The translations under genes and the position numbers were made by a program. 64,000 nucleotides of DNA from NCBI GenBank assembly GCA_046563655.1, contig CM102284.1, positions 1,364,001-1,428,000 of the forward strand. Reading direction: 5' to 3'. How positions within the stretch are numbered: position 1 is the stretch's first letter; the number at the start of each line of letters is the position of its first letter. The notes below the pieces were generated by a model. That model saw only the letters and a list, made by a program, of their open reading frames with translations, searched no databases and had not been told where the DNA came from. Source of the stretch: Yuukianura sp. NJ FZ-2021 (Eukaryota). Shown one piece after another: positions 33,504-47,170 of this stretch.

Positions 33504-34388
33504 TCACGCAATATTTTCATTCTGTCCGAGAGAATTTTGTCGTGGATACTGCTTTTCCAGTTGTTTAGTGTAGCGTTTGACCACGTTCAGGAAATACCAA
33601 TTCAATCTGAGTGCGAGGAAAACTATACTGGCATAAACTACGCCCACCAACACTCCAGAGATGCCGGACTGCGCAATGCTAATGAACAAGACTAAGACAG
33701 TTCCCACAACACAAATTGCTGCAGTGATGAAGAAGTTAAAGTAGCCAAAGTACAGGTAAGGAACCACATAGTTCACATTTTTCTACAAAAAAAAAACAAA
33801 TATGTTTTAAAGATATGTTTTTTAAATTTCAGCTTTTGAGATCATAAATACGTTAGTTCATTAACTAATTTTGCTTGTACTTTCATACCGATCGCATTCC
33901 GTGGAACAATAACGACGCCAAAATAATCGAAACAACGGCGTAGAAGATTAGCACAACGCGAATACCGAATGGTAATTGCGCTAAATAATAAATATTATAT
34001 AAAATAGTATAGTGTCCAACGATTCATAAATTACAGTGTAATTATATTTAATACAATAGCAAAAGTAAATCTAAATCATACCAATGCGGGAATCAACAGC
34101 ATAATCCGAAGAGTCGGTGAACGACAATGCTAGTTGGGCCAAAGAAGAAATTCCTCCTAGCTAAATAAATTTTAGTTAATTTAGAATGTTTAATTATTAT
34201 TGAATATAATTAAGCACAGCATTAATAATCAAAGTAATTGAGTAATTTTATTTAATCGTAATTAAGTCAAAGTGACTTACTAAACTCAACACTCCTAGAA
34301 TACTTGTTCCAGTTGATAAAGTACAACATCCACTGCAACACATTACCGACTCCTCATTTCCTCTGTTTTGATCCGTATTTTTAAACAT
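33504..34388 (-). CDS. Small four-TM membrane protein (LAPTM/DUF4728-like), about 4 exons
   Basis: N-terminal CCSGCCTLSTGTSILG, hydrophobic helices, LLFHGM..KNVNYVVPYL motif, last helix ending WYFLNVVKRY; GT-AG introns. Confidence 0.65.
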
Positions 34389-35459
34389 GTTGCACCTTTA
34401 CATCGCCTATACGCTGCCGATCCTAACATTAGTTTTGACTTTGTAACTTTGGAAAGTAAAAATATAAATTTGTAAAAGCGTAAATTTGTGCAATTGTAAA
34501 TTTTTTGAGTATGCAATTGTACTTACAAACCGAAAAGTGAATGTACACGGTATCATGCAAGTGTGGTAGTGAAAGTGAAGTAGGAGTCAAATTTTGTAAA
34601 TTAGGAAAACATCGATTTTGTTTTGGCAAACAAAGACCAGATGCTGCTTTCACTTCTTCTAACAATGTCAATAAATACCAGGTTTCCTGTGTGTCATAAA
34701 TCCTAAAAGCAAACCTGTTGCAAACCGCATATAACATAGTAGCTCAGCAAATTTGTTGAATGGCTTCTCGCTGGTATCGGCAAAAGAAACAAACCGATTT
34801 TGCAAAGTAGATTTTGAAACTGGTTCTCGGAAGGATTTGTTAGATCAGTTAAGTCAGGTTACTTAATTAAATGCGAAGATCAAAAGGAGTACGATCTGAA
34901 AACAATAACAGCAGCAGAAATAGAGCGGGGACAAGGACAATATACGCCAGCCACGATACTGTGACTCGAAAAATGCCGTATCCAAATGGGTCTAGTAATT
35001 GAAATTGAGATTATCGTTCTAATAGTTTACTATTTAACTATGCTTTTCTCTATGCCAAGACGAAAAACGGACGGACAAAGGCAAAATTATGAATTAGCTT
35101 CGCTACTTAAAAAGAAAACGTTAACAGCCCAAGTGAAACTATACTGGCAATAAAAACCTAAACTTGTTTACATATAATCAGGTATCTAAAAATAAGCCGT
35201 AGACCTATACCGCGAGTCAGTTTATAATTTCGCAAAAGTTTTTGAGCCTCAAAATTTCAGGTTACGAGAAAAAACTTCTTAAAAACTAAAAAAAACCGCT
35301 TTTAACTATACGAATTCAACAGCAGTTTACAACCTGCTGATGACAAAAAATCTAGAAAATTTTGAACAACTTGTTACTTTTGGAACGTCAGTGTATGACT
35401 TTATTTGTTCATTTATGGATATGATAACCTTGAACCACACGCTTCTGAGCTGCTGTCAA

Positions 35460-38400
35460 TTAGCGCGAAAGTGTAATGTTGACTGCCTTGGCGTTGGCGA
35501 GTGTATTATGCACTGCCTTGACACCAAATTTAGGATTGTAGGTTTCTTCGAACAGTTGAGCAGAAATGTCCAGAATAAATTTGGTATCCACGGTAACGTT
35601 TCCGTGCTTTTCCTTGATTTCCTCGAACAGCCTGAACGCCTTTTCATGCACTTTCAATTCCCCGCACCAGTTAATTTCATTTTCTTCAAGATATTTCACA
35701 TATCCATCGTCGTTCCACTGTTTCAAAAAAAATTCAAATTCGTGACATTTGTTAATATTTTTCAAATTTTGAAAAAAAGTTCAAGGAACCTTGAAATCCA
35801 TGAGGCTGTTTATGAGCAGCGATTGGTTGACAGATTCTGTAAAAATGTGCTGCGGAGTTGACGGGTGGGTGACATTAGTACGGTAGATGTCAGCAGTGAT
35901 GTTTGTCGTGCGTAGATTTAGTGATGGATGCATTTGAACGACGGTCGCCGACAAAATGTCGCGCACAACTCCGTTGGTCGAAGATCCCTGCATTTTGGTT
36001 ACGTGCTTGTTCCTGCCCTCGTCCGACCATCGTACGGTTAATTCCGCTGATCGCACCAGCCTCCGCTCATCAGTTATGTTACTCTACATAAAAAAGTGAA
36101 AAACAAGCTTAAAACTAACGCTTTAAAAAAGACACTATTTTTTTTTTCAAAATTTTGAAAACTTTGAAATCTACCCGTAATTCACCGATGTAGACTTGTT
36201 TGTCTTTCTCTTTGTGAAGTTCGTAGTTGTCGATCACCACAATGTCAAACGGGACGAAAAAAGTTCCTTTGAATTCATTTTCAACTGAAAGTTGATACTG
36301 AAAATCGTATTTGGCGGGAACGTGGTTTTGCCTATCGTAGTTGACCTTCGACCTGTAGGTGAATTTTGGAGAGCCAATCGGAACAAGGTCAAAGTCGGTG
36401 TCACTTTTGAAAGTTTCCGCCTGCTGTTGATTGGTTTGGTTCAAACTGGCTGTGGCAATGGCGCCTCCTGTATCCTGAAAAGTCATAGCAGCAGAGCTCC
36501 GTCCGTTGTAAAAATCTTGAGCGATTTTGGCGTCTGCATGGAACTTTCCCAGAATTCTGACGGATTTGTCAGTTTTCCTGCTTTCTACTGTCGAAGAACT
36601 AAAATTCAAATTTTACCGCAGAATTATTCTCAAACGAAAAGTTTTAGTTTCAGTGAAAAGCAAAAAAAAAGTTAATTTTTCCTAGTTTTCTGGAGACGCA
36701 TGTCTCCGACATTCTGAGAGAAAACTCTTCATACGACTTTGTCTGTCCGTCAGGTTTTTTTTTACATTGCGTTCTTTTGAAAACATGTTTTCAAAAAAAA
36801 ATTAAGAAAAAAATTGAAATTTGAAAAACTTACTCGATTTGGAGCGAGCGTTGAACTTTTTGAAAAACAATTGACGAGTCCGTTGTAACTTTTCTGTCTG
36901 ACCTTTCCATGTCCGTGATAACTTGCTTCGTCACGTGCTTATATTCATCTTTGCTGTCTCGTATGTCATCTGTCACCATAACTTCTATTCCGGCAACGGG
37001 CATCTTCACATCAATGTCAGCATGGTAGTGTTGTCTCTCCAGGGTGACATTGGCCTCTCCCTTGAGCAGTCCCGTGACCTCCCAGGTCATGTGAATTTGA
37101 TTCTGAACGTCTTGCGTTAACTTGGCCTTTGCCACTTTTGTTTCTTTGCCCTGTGTGCTCAACTTTGCCACAACTTCATAGTCACCTGGAAGCACCGTAC
37201 TGGCCACTTTGGACGGTCGGTATTCAAAGTTCAACTGGCCACGATGAGTACTTCGATCGAGTTGACCTTCGACTTCTACTTTGATCTTCTGTGGTTCATC
37301 TTGAAACGAAATTCCAAGAGTCAAGTGCCTGGACGTTGTGGATCCTGGAGTGGTCAGGGACGCTTTGTATCCGCCTTTATCTATTAAGTTAAGTTGAACA
37401 AATTTTGTTACGCTATGTGATGTTCAGGGCTTATATGGCTTGAGAGACAACAAATGGCGGCAAAAAAAGCCGAGTGGGATTCGAACCCGCATCTCTTCAA
37501 TCAAAGAAGATCTCTAACCATTACGCTATCAGGCTCTAGTCAATAGAGCCGGCAAACTACAATAGTTTACGTCAGAGTAGGTATTGTTGTTACGCCGCAG
37601 CTGAGAGTAACGTTATTTGTAGTTCAGTATGTTAATTAAGTTAGTTATTTAGTTAAGGTTAATTAGGTTAATGTAACATTAAGTTTGTTAGGTTAAGCAT
37701 TATATTGTCTTACTATCACTTGTGACGGACACTTCGAAGCCCTTCATGTTCATTTCTGTTTTTTCAAGAGTCGATTTGTACAAAACCTTGCCGTCACCCG
37801 TGTGCCATGATTTGCAGCCACGCAAGCCTGTTAGTTCGCAATCTCTGCAATCTCTATTTAAAGAAGATTAAAAAATTGTAGGATTTTTTTTTGACAATTT
37901 AACATTTTGGATGAAAATTTTGTTTTGTTTTTAAAACGTGTTTAACTTCTTACGTAAAAGTTGTTCCAAGAAATATAATATTACGATGTGGGTCGTCAGG
38001 TTCTGACAGCCGTTCAAATATTTCGTTCACTTCTTGGTATCCAAACCACTCTGCTTCCAGAACTCTTGTGTCTATAACCCCTCTTGGGAAGGTCAACTTG
38101 AGGTCAACCAAGGTTTTGTCATTAGAGGTCAACTCGAGGTCAAATGTTGACCTCTGGGTCAGCTTCCCTTCGACACGGTGACCTACTGCCATGGGTGTGT
38201 TGACTCCAATACCAAGTCCGGCTTGTCCAGCCAATGACAGAAAACAATCCGCTTTCATTTTGTAATCAAATGGCGGTTCAAACAAAGTGCCCATCAATTC
38301 AGCCATGTCTTTTTTGCCCGGGGTCAGCTCCAGTTTGGCCATGTCGAATTCTACCGCTGCCAGGTCAAAGGTCAATGGCATTCCCATGAGCGATGGAAAA

Positions 38401-41400
38401 GTTATCTCTTCTGCCAGAAGCGTCGTGGGCAGAATTGCATTGAGTTTCCACGTAGCAGAGCCGCCTTTCATCATTTTCAGAAGCGTCGTTTGTACTGCTT
38501 CGTGCAGCGATTCCAGCCCCAGGGCAACTGTTGTGCCAAAAACACGAATATAGGAGTCTTTTGCGCCTGCGGCTGCGTCGTAGCAGCACCACGTTCCACC
38601 ATAAGGGCTACTACGCATGTCCTTGTCCAACATGCGTTGTGAAAGTCCAAGCTGTTTGACAAAAACAAAAACAGAATTTTTGAAAAAAAAAATTAAAAAC
38701 TTTGGTTTTGACCATTTTTGAAGTTTGACCTCTAGAAAGTTGAAAGACCTGCCGAACAGGTCAAGCGTTGCGGAAAAAGAGACAAATTGTGGTTTGTTTT
38801 CTTGTTCATGAAAAAGGATCGTAGCTGAGCCAGAGGCACCAAAATTTTCTTTTTCATTAAACGCGGAATACTCGACGAATTGTGACGCACGTGAAAATTT
38901 TTCGACTGACGCTATTTTTTCGGGAACGTCGATGTGGGAAAGCGAGTTTTTCAATATGTAGAAAGACGGGCTCGATGAGCCAATGATACTGCGAACATGA
39001 GTAGCGATGAACCGGGAAACTAAGGAGAAATTTCCAAAAAAAAAAGTTTTAGCAATACGTTTTTTGAAATGTCATTTTTTGGAGTCAAATTCTCGAAAAT
39101 TACCTTGCGAATTGGTTTTGAGTACTAAGTGAATAGTGGCCGTATCTTCGCCAATCAAGCAGCGGCTCATAGTCAAATATGCAACTATTTTAACTTGCTC
39201 AGAGTGTTTCACGTCGCTCAAAATTCCGCGTTCGATTTTTTTCAGTTCTCCCACGCATGCGTCGCGTCGAAACGCTTCCAAACCTTGAATCAACAACCAA
39301 TCAGGAACCTTCTTTTGATCAGCACTGAAAATTTCCTGAAGTTTTTTGACAGCTTTTGGTGTAAGACGAGCCAAATTTCCTAGTGCTTGTAAAGTAGCCA
39401 GAGCAATTTCTTCTGCACCCGCAACCTTAAATTTGTTCAAAATAGAAATTTTCAAAAAAAATTTATGTTCGAGCGATTTTGACCTAACTTTTACTTTTTT
39501 CGAATCCAAAATTTGTTTGATGTTTAGTTGCTCTGAAATTGCATCGACAAGGTCCACATATTCAGTTCGTCTTAAGCACGTTGGAAAATTTTTGCAAAAT
39601 TGATAAGCCAATCCGGAGGCTCCAAGGAGCAAATGCTGAACAGTAGTTAGACGGGATTGAAATTCTTCTGTTTGATTACCATCTTGTGGAAGTGGTCCTA
39701 TCACATTTCTGAAACAATTTTTCAAAAAAAAAAAAGTTTCAAAATTTGAAGTTTTGACAAATATTTGTTTGGAAATACTTACGGAATGTTTTTGACAAGA
39801 GACGACATGGCTGACAGAGCACGAGGACCAGGATTTGTAGCAAAAGCAATTGTGCCAAAAAATTTGAGTTGCGTTATTTGATCAACCGCGCCATTTTTAG
39901 TCAGTTTTGCCAACGCTGAAATCGCTGCATCCGTTGCCACTTCGGCCATTGCGTCGTAAAACGTTTTTGAGTGAATTTCTTCTTTCAGCAAATCTGAAAA
40001 AAAAAACATTTTGAAAAGTCTTTGAAAACATTACTTCTGTTATTTGCCTTTGCTTGACCTTTTTCTTTGAATTTTTTAAGTTGTTACCAGATTTTTCGAA
40101 TTGTTCCAAATTCCCGGCGCGTCGAATGAATTTTTTGAGTTGAATGAAAACTTCTGCTTTGTTGGATCCTTCCGTTTCGAGCGTTTTGAGTAATTCAGTA
40201 ATTTGATTCTCAGCTGTTGAATTCTTCGAAAACGATTCCGTAAAATTGTACAAAATCGATGCAGGTAAAGTAAGATGCGCAAGGTCTGCGCTGTTGACTG
40301 TTTTGGCTTCACTGCGCAAGTATTTCAGAGTGGCATTCATTCCGACCACTTCAAACATCCCGCTTCCGTACTCCTTGCAAGCAGCTTTAGACAGAATTCC
40401 ATTGTCCAGTTTTTGAAAACATTTGGCCAATTGCGCAGGTCTGATGACTCCAAAAATTAGCTTGTTCTGAATAAAATTCAAAAGATTTAGTACCAAAAAC
40501 GTTTTCAAATTTCAAAAAATCACAAAAATTTCAAAATTTGAAAAGGAGTGCTCAAAATATGTTTCGTACTTCAACATGTGGAGCATGGTACGGTGTGCCT
40601 TGAAAAATCAAATCCGAACTTTCTCCGTTGCTGCATCTCGTCAAATTTATTATTTTGCCGCCCGAAACTACAAAATTTGAAATACTTTTAGTTTAGTTTA
40701 AGTCGATTACAGTTTTAACTAATTCAAAGTAATTGTAATTACTTTTGTAATTACTAATTACTTGTCTACTTCGTTGGCATTAGTGAATTTAACAGGTTTA
40801 ATGCTTACAGTCATATGTGGTAGGGCAGACTCCGTACACTGACGACTAAAATTTCAAAGTTTATGATTACTAATTGAAATTTTAAATTTTTGTAAATACG
40901 CATGAGCAACTTACCTCATGAGCATCAAGATCAAAAGTGAAGGCGGCACCGTTTTGAACCATAGACAAAATCCCGCGTTTCAAATTTTGAGTCCAAGCAG
41001 CTTCCGCTGGGTCCACGAACACATGCTCCACCAGGCCTTGGTTGAAGAAAAATTTCATGTACGATTTATTCGGCATGCGAATGAACGTAGTTTCCTAACA
41101 TTTAAAAAAAAACGATTTTTTCTTGAAATTTCGAAAGAAAATTCATAATTTTGGAAATTGAACACATACGGTGCTTCCTGTTGAGCCAGCCGTGACCTTC
41201 ACATCTTCAATGTTAAGCACAACATCACATTCTGAAATGAACGTAAAGACGACAGTGGCCTTGACCTTGAGTGTCGGATTTGGGCCAAAGTTGGTCATGC
41301 CATTGTAGATAAAACCACCAAAGTTTGATTCATAGTCGTAGTAGTAGGCTTTTCCTGGTTCGTACTAATTGTTTTTTAAATACAAAATAAAGTTTCGAAA

Positions 41401-41855
41401 TTTTGAAATCCTTTCAAAATCAGAACTGAGAGGCAAGGCTTTTCATACCTTCAGAGTTCCATTGAATCCTTTGCAAGCCGGACCCATAACACCTAAAATT
41501 CAATCAGACATGAATTTTTTATGAACAAGAATTTCAATTTAAGAAAATCTCCCGTCATCAGAATCTTCGGGGAAGTGGTCGGTGTCATGGCGGAGCAAGT
41601 GGTAGTAGGCGGTCAGAAAAGTGGTCGGTGGTCGGAGAAGTGGTAGGCGGCCGGAGAAGAGAAGTGGTAGGTGCTTGGGGAAGTGGTCGGTGGCGGAACA
41701 AGTGGTATTTCTTCTTAAGTAGGGTTTTCATGTTTTTTTGAATTTTTGAAATCTCATTTTCAATTTGACTTACGCATAGACGTTACTACACAAACGTTGA
41801 TGACTACGATGGCCACTGCGCATAGGGCAGTCCTGGCCATGTCGAACGCAACCAT
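35460..41855 (-). CDS. Large lipid transfer protein (apolipophorin/vitellogenin superfamily), many exons
   Basis: Signal peptide, YEPGKAYYYDY, WTQNLKRGILSMVQ, LQALGN, VKIVAYLTMSRC, EKFSR, LDLFGRSFNFLEV, FPSLMGMPL are characteristic LLT/DUF1943-region motifs; start could be 41855 or 41840. Confidence 0.85.
36682..36752 (+). repeat. Possible truncated HINE/DINE-1-like 5' end
   Basis: agttttc..gaaaact inverted repeat enclosing a ggagac/gtctcc hairpin, followed by a gtctgtccgtc microsatellite seed. Confidence 0.4.
37469..37534 (-). other. tRNA-like sequence (pseudo-tRNA or SINE head) in an intron
   Basis: Minus strand has A box TAGCGTAATGG, B box GGTTCGAATCC and a T7 run directly after; the anticodon arm is irregular. 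Confidence 0.6.
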
Positions 41856-42784
41856 GACCTATGACCTCGACTTGCTTTTAGAGGGAGTAACTAGATGCTT
41901 ATTTTTCCAAGTTCCCACTTCCTGTAATTCCAAAACCCAAAACTTCTCAATTTCCTTCAGAAGCGAATACCTTTATGCCAGTTTCATAGCTTCAAACAAA
42001 AATCTCCTTTCAATCTACTTCTTTTTGTTAAACTAAAATGACAAAGCCAATTTGTTCAAAAATAACACAAACAGGATCTCAAAACCGGAAGTGAATCAAT
42101 ACATGCACGGATCAAACAAATTGAATGCATAATTACACAAATTTCAAAAAAAAAAAATAGAAAGAAAAGAAAGACTGTACGTCAATACTTTGACACGCAA
42201 TTTTAAAAAAAAATCATGTTTGATGGAACAAATGACCAAGAGTCATATTTCAATTCCAGTCATCAAAATTTTTCAACAAAAAAATGCCTTCCAAAGTAGA
42301 AGTTTCAATTTCAAAAAAAAAAATCTTTGTTTGGCAAATCGACAAAATTTGTTATTGTAATTACCGTAATTGGGCAAAAAAAAAAACGTTCAACGCGATG
42401 TGTCATTGCTACAAAAAACGAAAAAACGCAACTCCTACTTTTTTTTTTGCATGATCATGATCATGATGGAGGTGGATTGAGTTAGGTTAGTTAGGGTTTC
42501 AGATTAGCCTAAGCATATAAGTCAAATTTTAGGCTAGCTTTCGACTGCTGGAGCATAAGGCGCAAATATGATAAACTTTCCAAAAAACTTAATTTTTTAT
42601 ACTCTATAGAATATTTATTAAATAAACAAATAAATTATTTTATATAAATGTAAACAAATGAACGAATAAATAAGTAACAGCATTGTTTTTGAGAAAGCAA
42701 AAAATAACTAAATTTCCAAATTTTTTCTTCAATGTGTGTTAGTCATGGTAGGGCTGCAAGTCCGGTTGGCGAGAAAATTCGAAT

Positions 42785-45700
42785 TTAAGGATCGTAGTGG
42801 TACAATTTCTCGTAGAGTTTGTGTTTTTCTCTGGCGCATGTATCGATCTTGGCATGCCGGATGACCGAATCCACCAAGTGCTTGGGCAGGTCATGCGCAT
42901 AGTAAGACAGCGGGAACTGTCCCACGAACTTGGCAGCCATGCACTGCAGAATCAGCGGCGGATTGGTTGAAAATCCAGGGTAAGGTTTCTCCAGTAGCTT
43001 TTGAAGCGGACAAAAGTTAGTGTGGTCGTAGTGGTCCAAATGCGTTCCATTCTTCCCTTCTCTGCTGACTGGATCCTGTTTTCCTTTCACCAAAAGTTCC
43101 GCAATCTAAAAAAAATGAATTTTTTATTTTTTGAAATTTTGAAAATTTTGATAATTTTGTGGCGTTGCTCAAATTGGGTTAAAAAACTGACCTCATCTTC
43201 TGTATAATTCTTATCTTTGAGGAGAATGTGGAGGGGGGTTTCTCCGTAGAAGTTCACTGCGTTCACATCAGCGTCGAGTTGGACCAAAAATTCAACGTAT
43301 TGCAGATTAGGAATCTAAAGTGTCAAAAAGTTAGAAATTTCAGAATTTTTCAAATTTAACAAAATGAAAATACAGAATATTTTTAGTTTACTAGTGAATC
43401 TCTGTTCGAATCTCCAAATCTCCTAACAGCCAAATGAAGCAAAGTGTCTCCAGTAGAAAATACAGGAAGAGCGTTACTCGCAAGATATTCAATACCCTGT
43501 TAAAAAAAACAACATTAAAAAAATTCGTAAAAAAACGAAACGAAAAATAAAAAAAATGAAAATTTAAATTTTTGATTTTCAAAACTCAAATTCAAAATTC
43601 ATTACCTTGCATATTTCCAACATTTGTTCCTTGGACCTGAAGGGGACCTTTGGTGGACCTTCTGTGGATTTAATTGGATCGTTGAGGAGCAAGTAAATAA
43701 TTTTACTGCAAGCCAAAATGTACCTGGCAAAAAATTGAACAGTTCAAATTACAACTTTTTCGTAACTCATAACCCAAAAACCACATTTCCCAGAAAATTT
43801 TGACAAACTTTTTCTTTAAAAATCTTACACGTCGTAGCACGTTCTTTGGCTCGGCAAAAATGGTTTGGGTCGTTTAATCGTTGAGATCAGTTGATCGAGA
43901 ACTTCTGCAAGCTGTTCCATGAGAAACCGAAAGGTTTTCATCAACAATTCAAATGGACAAGCGACAAAGCTAAATCCATCTCTGTCCATCTTCTTCCGAT
44001 GGTGGTACCAATCCATGTACACTTCAACCTGAAAAGTCCAAAATTTCACAAATTAAGTTTCAAATTTCGAAAAACTTAACACCAAAAATGTTCTTACCAA
44101 ACTTTGCAGTGCTTTTGCTGCATTGTAATACAAAAGTCCATTTTGATCTTTGCGACAATGAAGCTGAAGAGCATAGAACTTGATGGCTTCTTGGTAGAAA
44201 AAGTTGTCACGCGCCGATTCAAGCTCCTTGGTACATTTGTCCAACTTTTTCAAAAAATCCTTATGAAAAACTCCAAGTTGGCGTTCAGAGATCAGCAGTT
44301 GCTGAATTTGAAGATCGTCACGGCGGCGGTTGTGCTGGAGGTTGTCTTGGATTGTTTGCCATTGGGCAACGGTTGTGTGCTCTTGGATCCGGGAATAAAC
44401 TTCGCCTATAATTGATAAAAAACGAAATTTTTTCAAAAACTTTTTTTTCAAACTTGAAAAATTGATAATATTTTAAAGAAAACACGCTAAGACTTACCGG
44501 TAGTTGCGTCAGTGAGACAGGCGTAAGGCGGATAGTAGTCGAGCATTTGTTTTTGAATTCCTGTGCGCTCCCGAATTTCAGCGGCTTTTTTGAAATTTTC
44601 AAGAGCTTTCTGTGTGTCACCACTGTAGCCGTTGGACAATGCGTTTGCACCCATCATTTCCAGTAGATTTGCTTCATCTTCAGCCGAAATCTGAGTAGTT
44701 GTCTGCAAGTACTCCACAATTTTTAAATCACCCTGTAAAAACAATCGAAAAAAAGTTCAGTGAAACACTTAAAAAAAACAGTTTTCAAAAAACTGAACAT
44801 TTTGGTAGTGGCATACCTTGTGTGCTGCCAGTTGTAGAGCACTTTGTCCAAACATGTTTGACAGGAAAATGTTGGCTCCATTTTCAACCAGAAGCTTTGA
44901 TGCCTCCAGACGACGTTCCAGCACTGCGTAGTGAAGGGCAGTATTCCCTTCGTAATCCTAAATTGAAAAAAAAAAACACTCAAATTTTTGCAAAATTTCA
45001 AAATCATATCTAGTTTCAAGATTTTTTTTAAGTTACCTGTACGTTTACATCAATTAGACGCTGCAAAAAAATCAAATTTTTGTAAGATTTCAAAATCATT
45101 TGTCGTTTCACAATTTTGCTCTTTTCTTAAAAAAAAAGTTACCTCTCCGTTTTCGTTCCTTTGCTGCAAAAGATACTCAAGCAACTCCAAGCATTGGACT
45201 GCATTGGTAAGGCAAGATCCACCTTAAGAGTAGAAAATTCAATTGAATTACTAATTACTTAAGTAATTAGCTTCATTTTTTTTACTAACTTTTCAAATAT
45301 TTCACACAGTTTTAACTGACTAGCCTTACCACATTGGTTAGTGATTCTGATATCGGCTCCAGCTTCAACTAGAGCTTGCACCACCAGCTTGTTACTCATG
45401 AAACATGCCGAACGGACAGGAGTTGACCGACTATTGCTTGTCTAAAAATTAAAAATTTTGAATTTTTTAAAACTAAGAAAAAATTTTAAGCGAATTTTAA
45501 CTTTTGGACATACCGTGTTCACATAAGCGTTTTTACTGAGCAGATATTGCACCATTTTAAGGCCTCCGTAGACACTAGCGACCCACAACGGCGTGGCCTA
45601 AAAACAACAAAAAGTTGGTGTCAAATTTGAACTAGAAATGAAATACTCCTTATAAATGGCAAAGGCGTGTATTAATTACTTTCGAAATATTTAAGTAATT

Positions 45701-46379
45701 AGTAATTACAAATACAAAAGTAATTATTTTCTAATCGTACCGTATGTGGTCTTGATTCTGAAAACGTGTCCAACGTTCCTTTGATCTCAAGGTCAGCTCC
45801 GCAGTCTTCGACCAAAAACTGTGCCACTGCAATGTTGCCCATCCTGGCAGCATGGAACAGCGGCGTACAGTCATCCTCATCATGCGAATTCACAATTTCC
45901 CGCCGATCGGCCTCATCCAATCCCAGCAGAGCCGCTTTCAGCTCGTCCGTCAATGGTGCATCACGCCTGGTACCATTCCGAACTAAAATTACAAAAAAAA
46001 TAACTTTGTTAAACCAAACTTTCAAAATTTTAAAAACGCCCCACATATAAGAAAGTTTAGATGAGAATTTAGTAAAATTTTTAGAATATCACATTCGAAA
46101 CTTCTTTAAAAGTTTCAAAGTACGACAGTCATATTAGAAAGTTCAGGTGAAAAGTCGGTTGAGGTAAGGTTTAACAACGGTCATTGTATCCGCACAGTTT
46201 AGCCACTGGCTACACTGTGCGACTACAATACCCGTCGTTAAACTTTACCTCAACCAGAAATTTACATAGAACGACACGAAAACGTTACCTTCTTGAAACA
46301 GATTTTTCCTAACTTCGTCCTTGAGGTTGACTCCTCGGGGTCGTGGGGGGCAGCGACTCGATGATGGAAATGCCAACAT
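42785..46379 (-). CDS. fem-1: Fem-1 family ankyrin-repeat protein, multi-exon
   Basis: TPLFHAARMG, ATPLWVAS, STPVRSACF, GGSCLTNAV, ANLLEMMGA, second ankyrin block GETPLH, C-terminal LQCMAAK..LPKHL box. Confidence 0.88.
46157..46255. repeat. 99-bp near-perfect palindrome in a fem-1 intron
   Basis: Two 49-nt arms with about 7 mismatches around a 1-nt centre. Confidence 0.9.
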
Positions 46380-46828
46380 GATTCTTCCTTGAACTTTTGG
46401 TTTAACAGGTACACCTGTTTTCACTGCTTAACTTTTCGAGTAATAACACTGTATTAATTTAAAGTTTTCAAGTTTTGGAGCAGTTTTGACTGAAAACACC
46501 TTGGACAAGAGATAACGACAGCTACACGACAAGAACTGCAGTAAAGAACTTCTACTTCCTTCGACTGTTGAATTGTAAATGAACCAACAAAAAGCAACAA
46601 TGAATGCAGTCTGCAGTGGGTGGAAAAGTTTTTTGGTACAGAAAAAGAACGGATTGTCTTTTCGCACTTTCAAATTCCAATGAAGATAAAAATAAGACAC
46701 AAAAATGAGCGTTAAAATGTAAAACTACAAAGCATAAGGAAGTTTTAGCGGAAGGGTAGTGTTGTACGGCCATTGTGTCGTTTTTTGGAAAAACTATTTT
46801 AAAAACTTTTTTCAAAAAACTGTCCGTA

Positions 46829-47170
46829 TTGAACAAAAGATTTACAAGAAAGGTACGAATTTGTTTCCGAAAAAAGGAAAAAAGCTGAAGGGCAGAAAAG
46901 GTCGACAGGTCAAGCTAACGACAAAAAATTTTAAAGACGATGTCGGGCGTTCCTTGTAATTTGTAATTTAAGTTAAAAATGTTGAAATTTTCAAACTGAA
47001 ATTTTAAACCTGTTTGAAAAAATTAAATGTAGAGTGAAATTCCTTGGTTTTAGCTTAATTTGGATGCGCTTATTAGATTTGGAATTGTGTCGATTGGTTT
47101 TTGAGTGTTACTGGAATGAATGGTTTTCGGTTTCCGTTCGATTAGGAATGCTGAAACAAAAACAAAATTA
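46829..47170. repeat. Dispersed ~330-bp duplicate, copy A (homologous to 57431-57755)
   Basis: Colinear blocks gaacaaaagatttacaa, ttgtttccgaaaa, agaaaaggtcg, aaacctgttt, aatttggatgc, ccgttcgattaggaa. Confidence 0.85.

Noticed and set aside
37469-37534. Functional tRNA gene
   Set aside because: Acceptor stem is bulged and no canonical 7-nt anticodon loop can be assigned.
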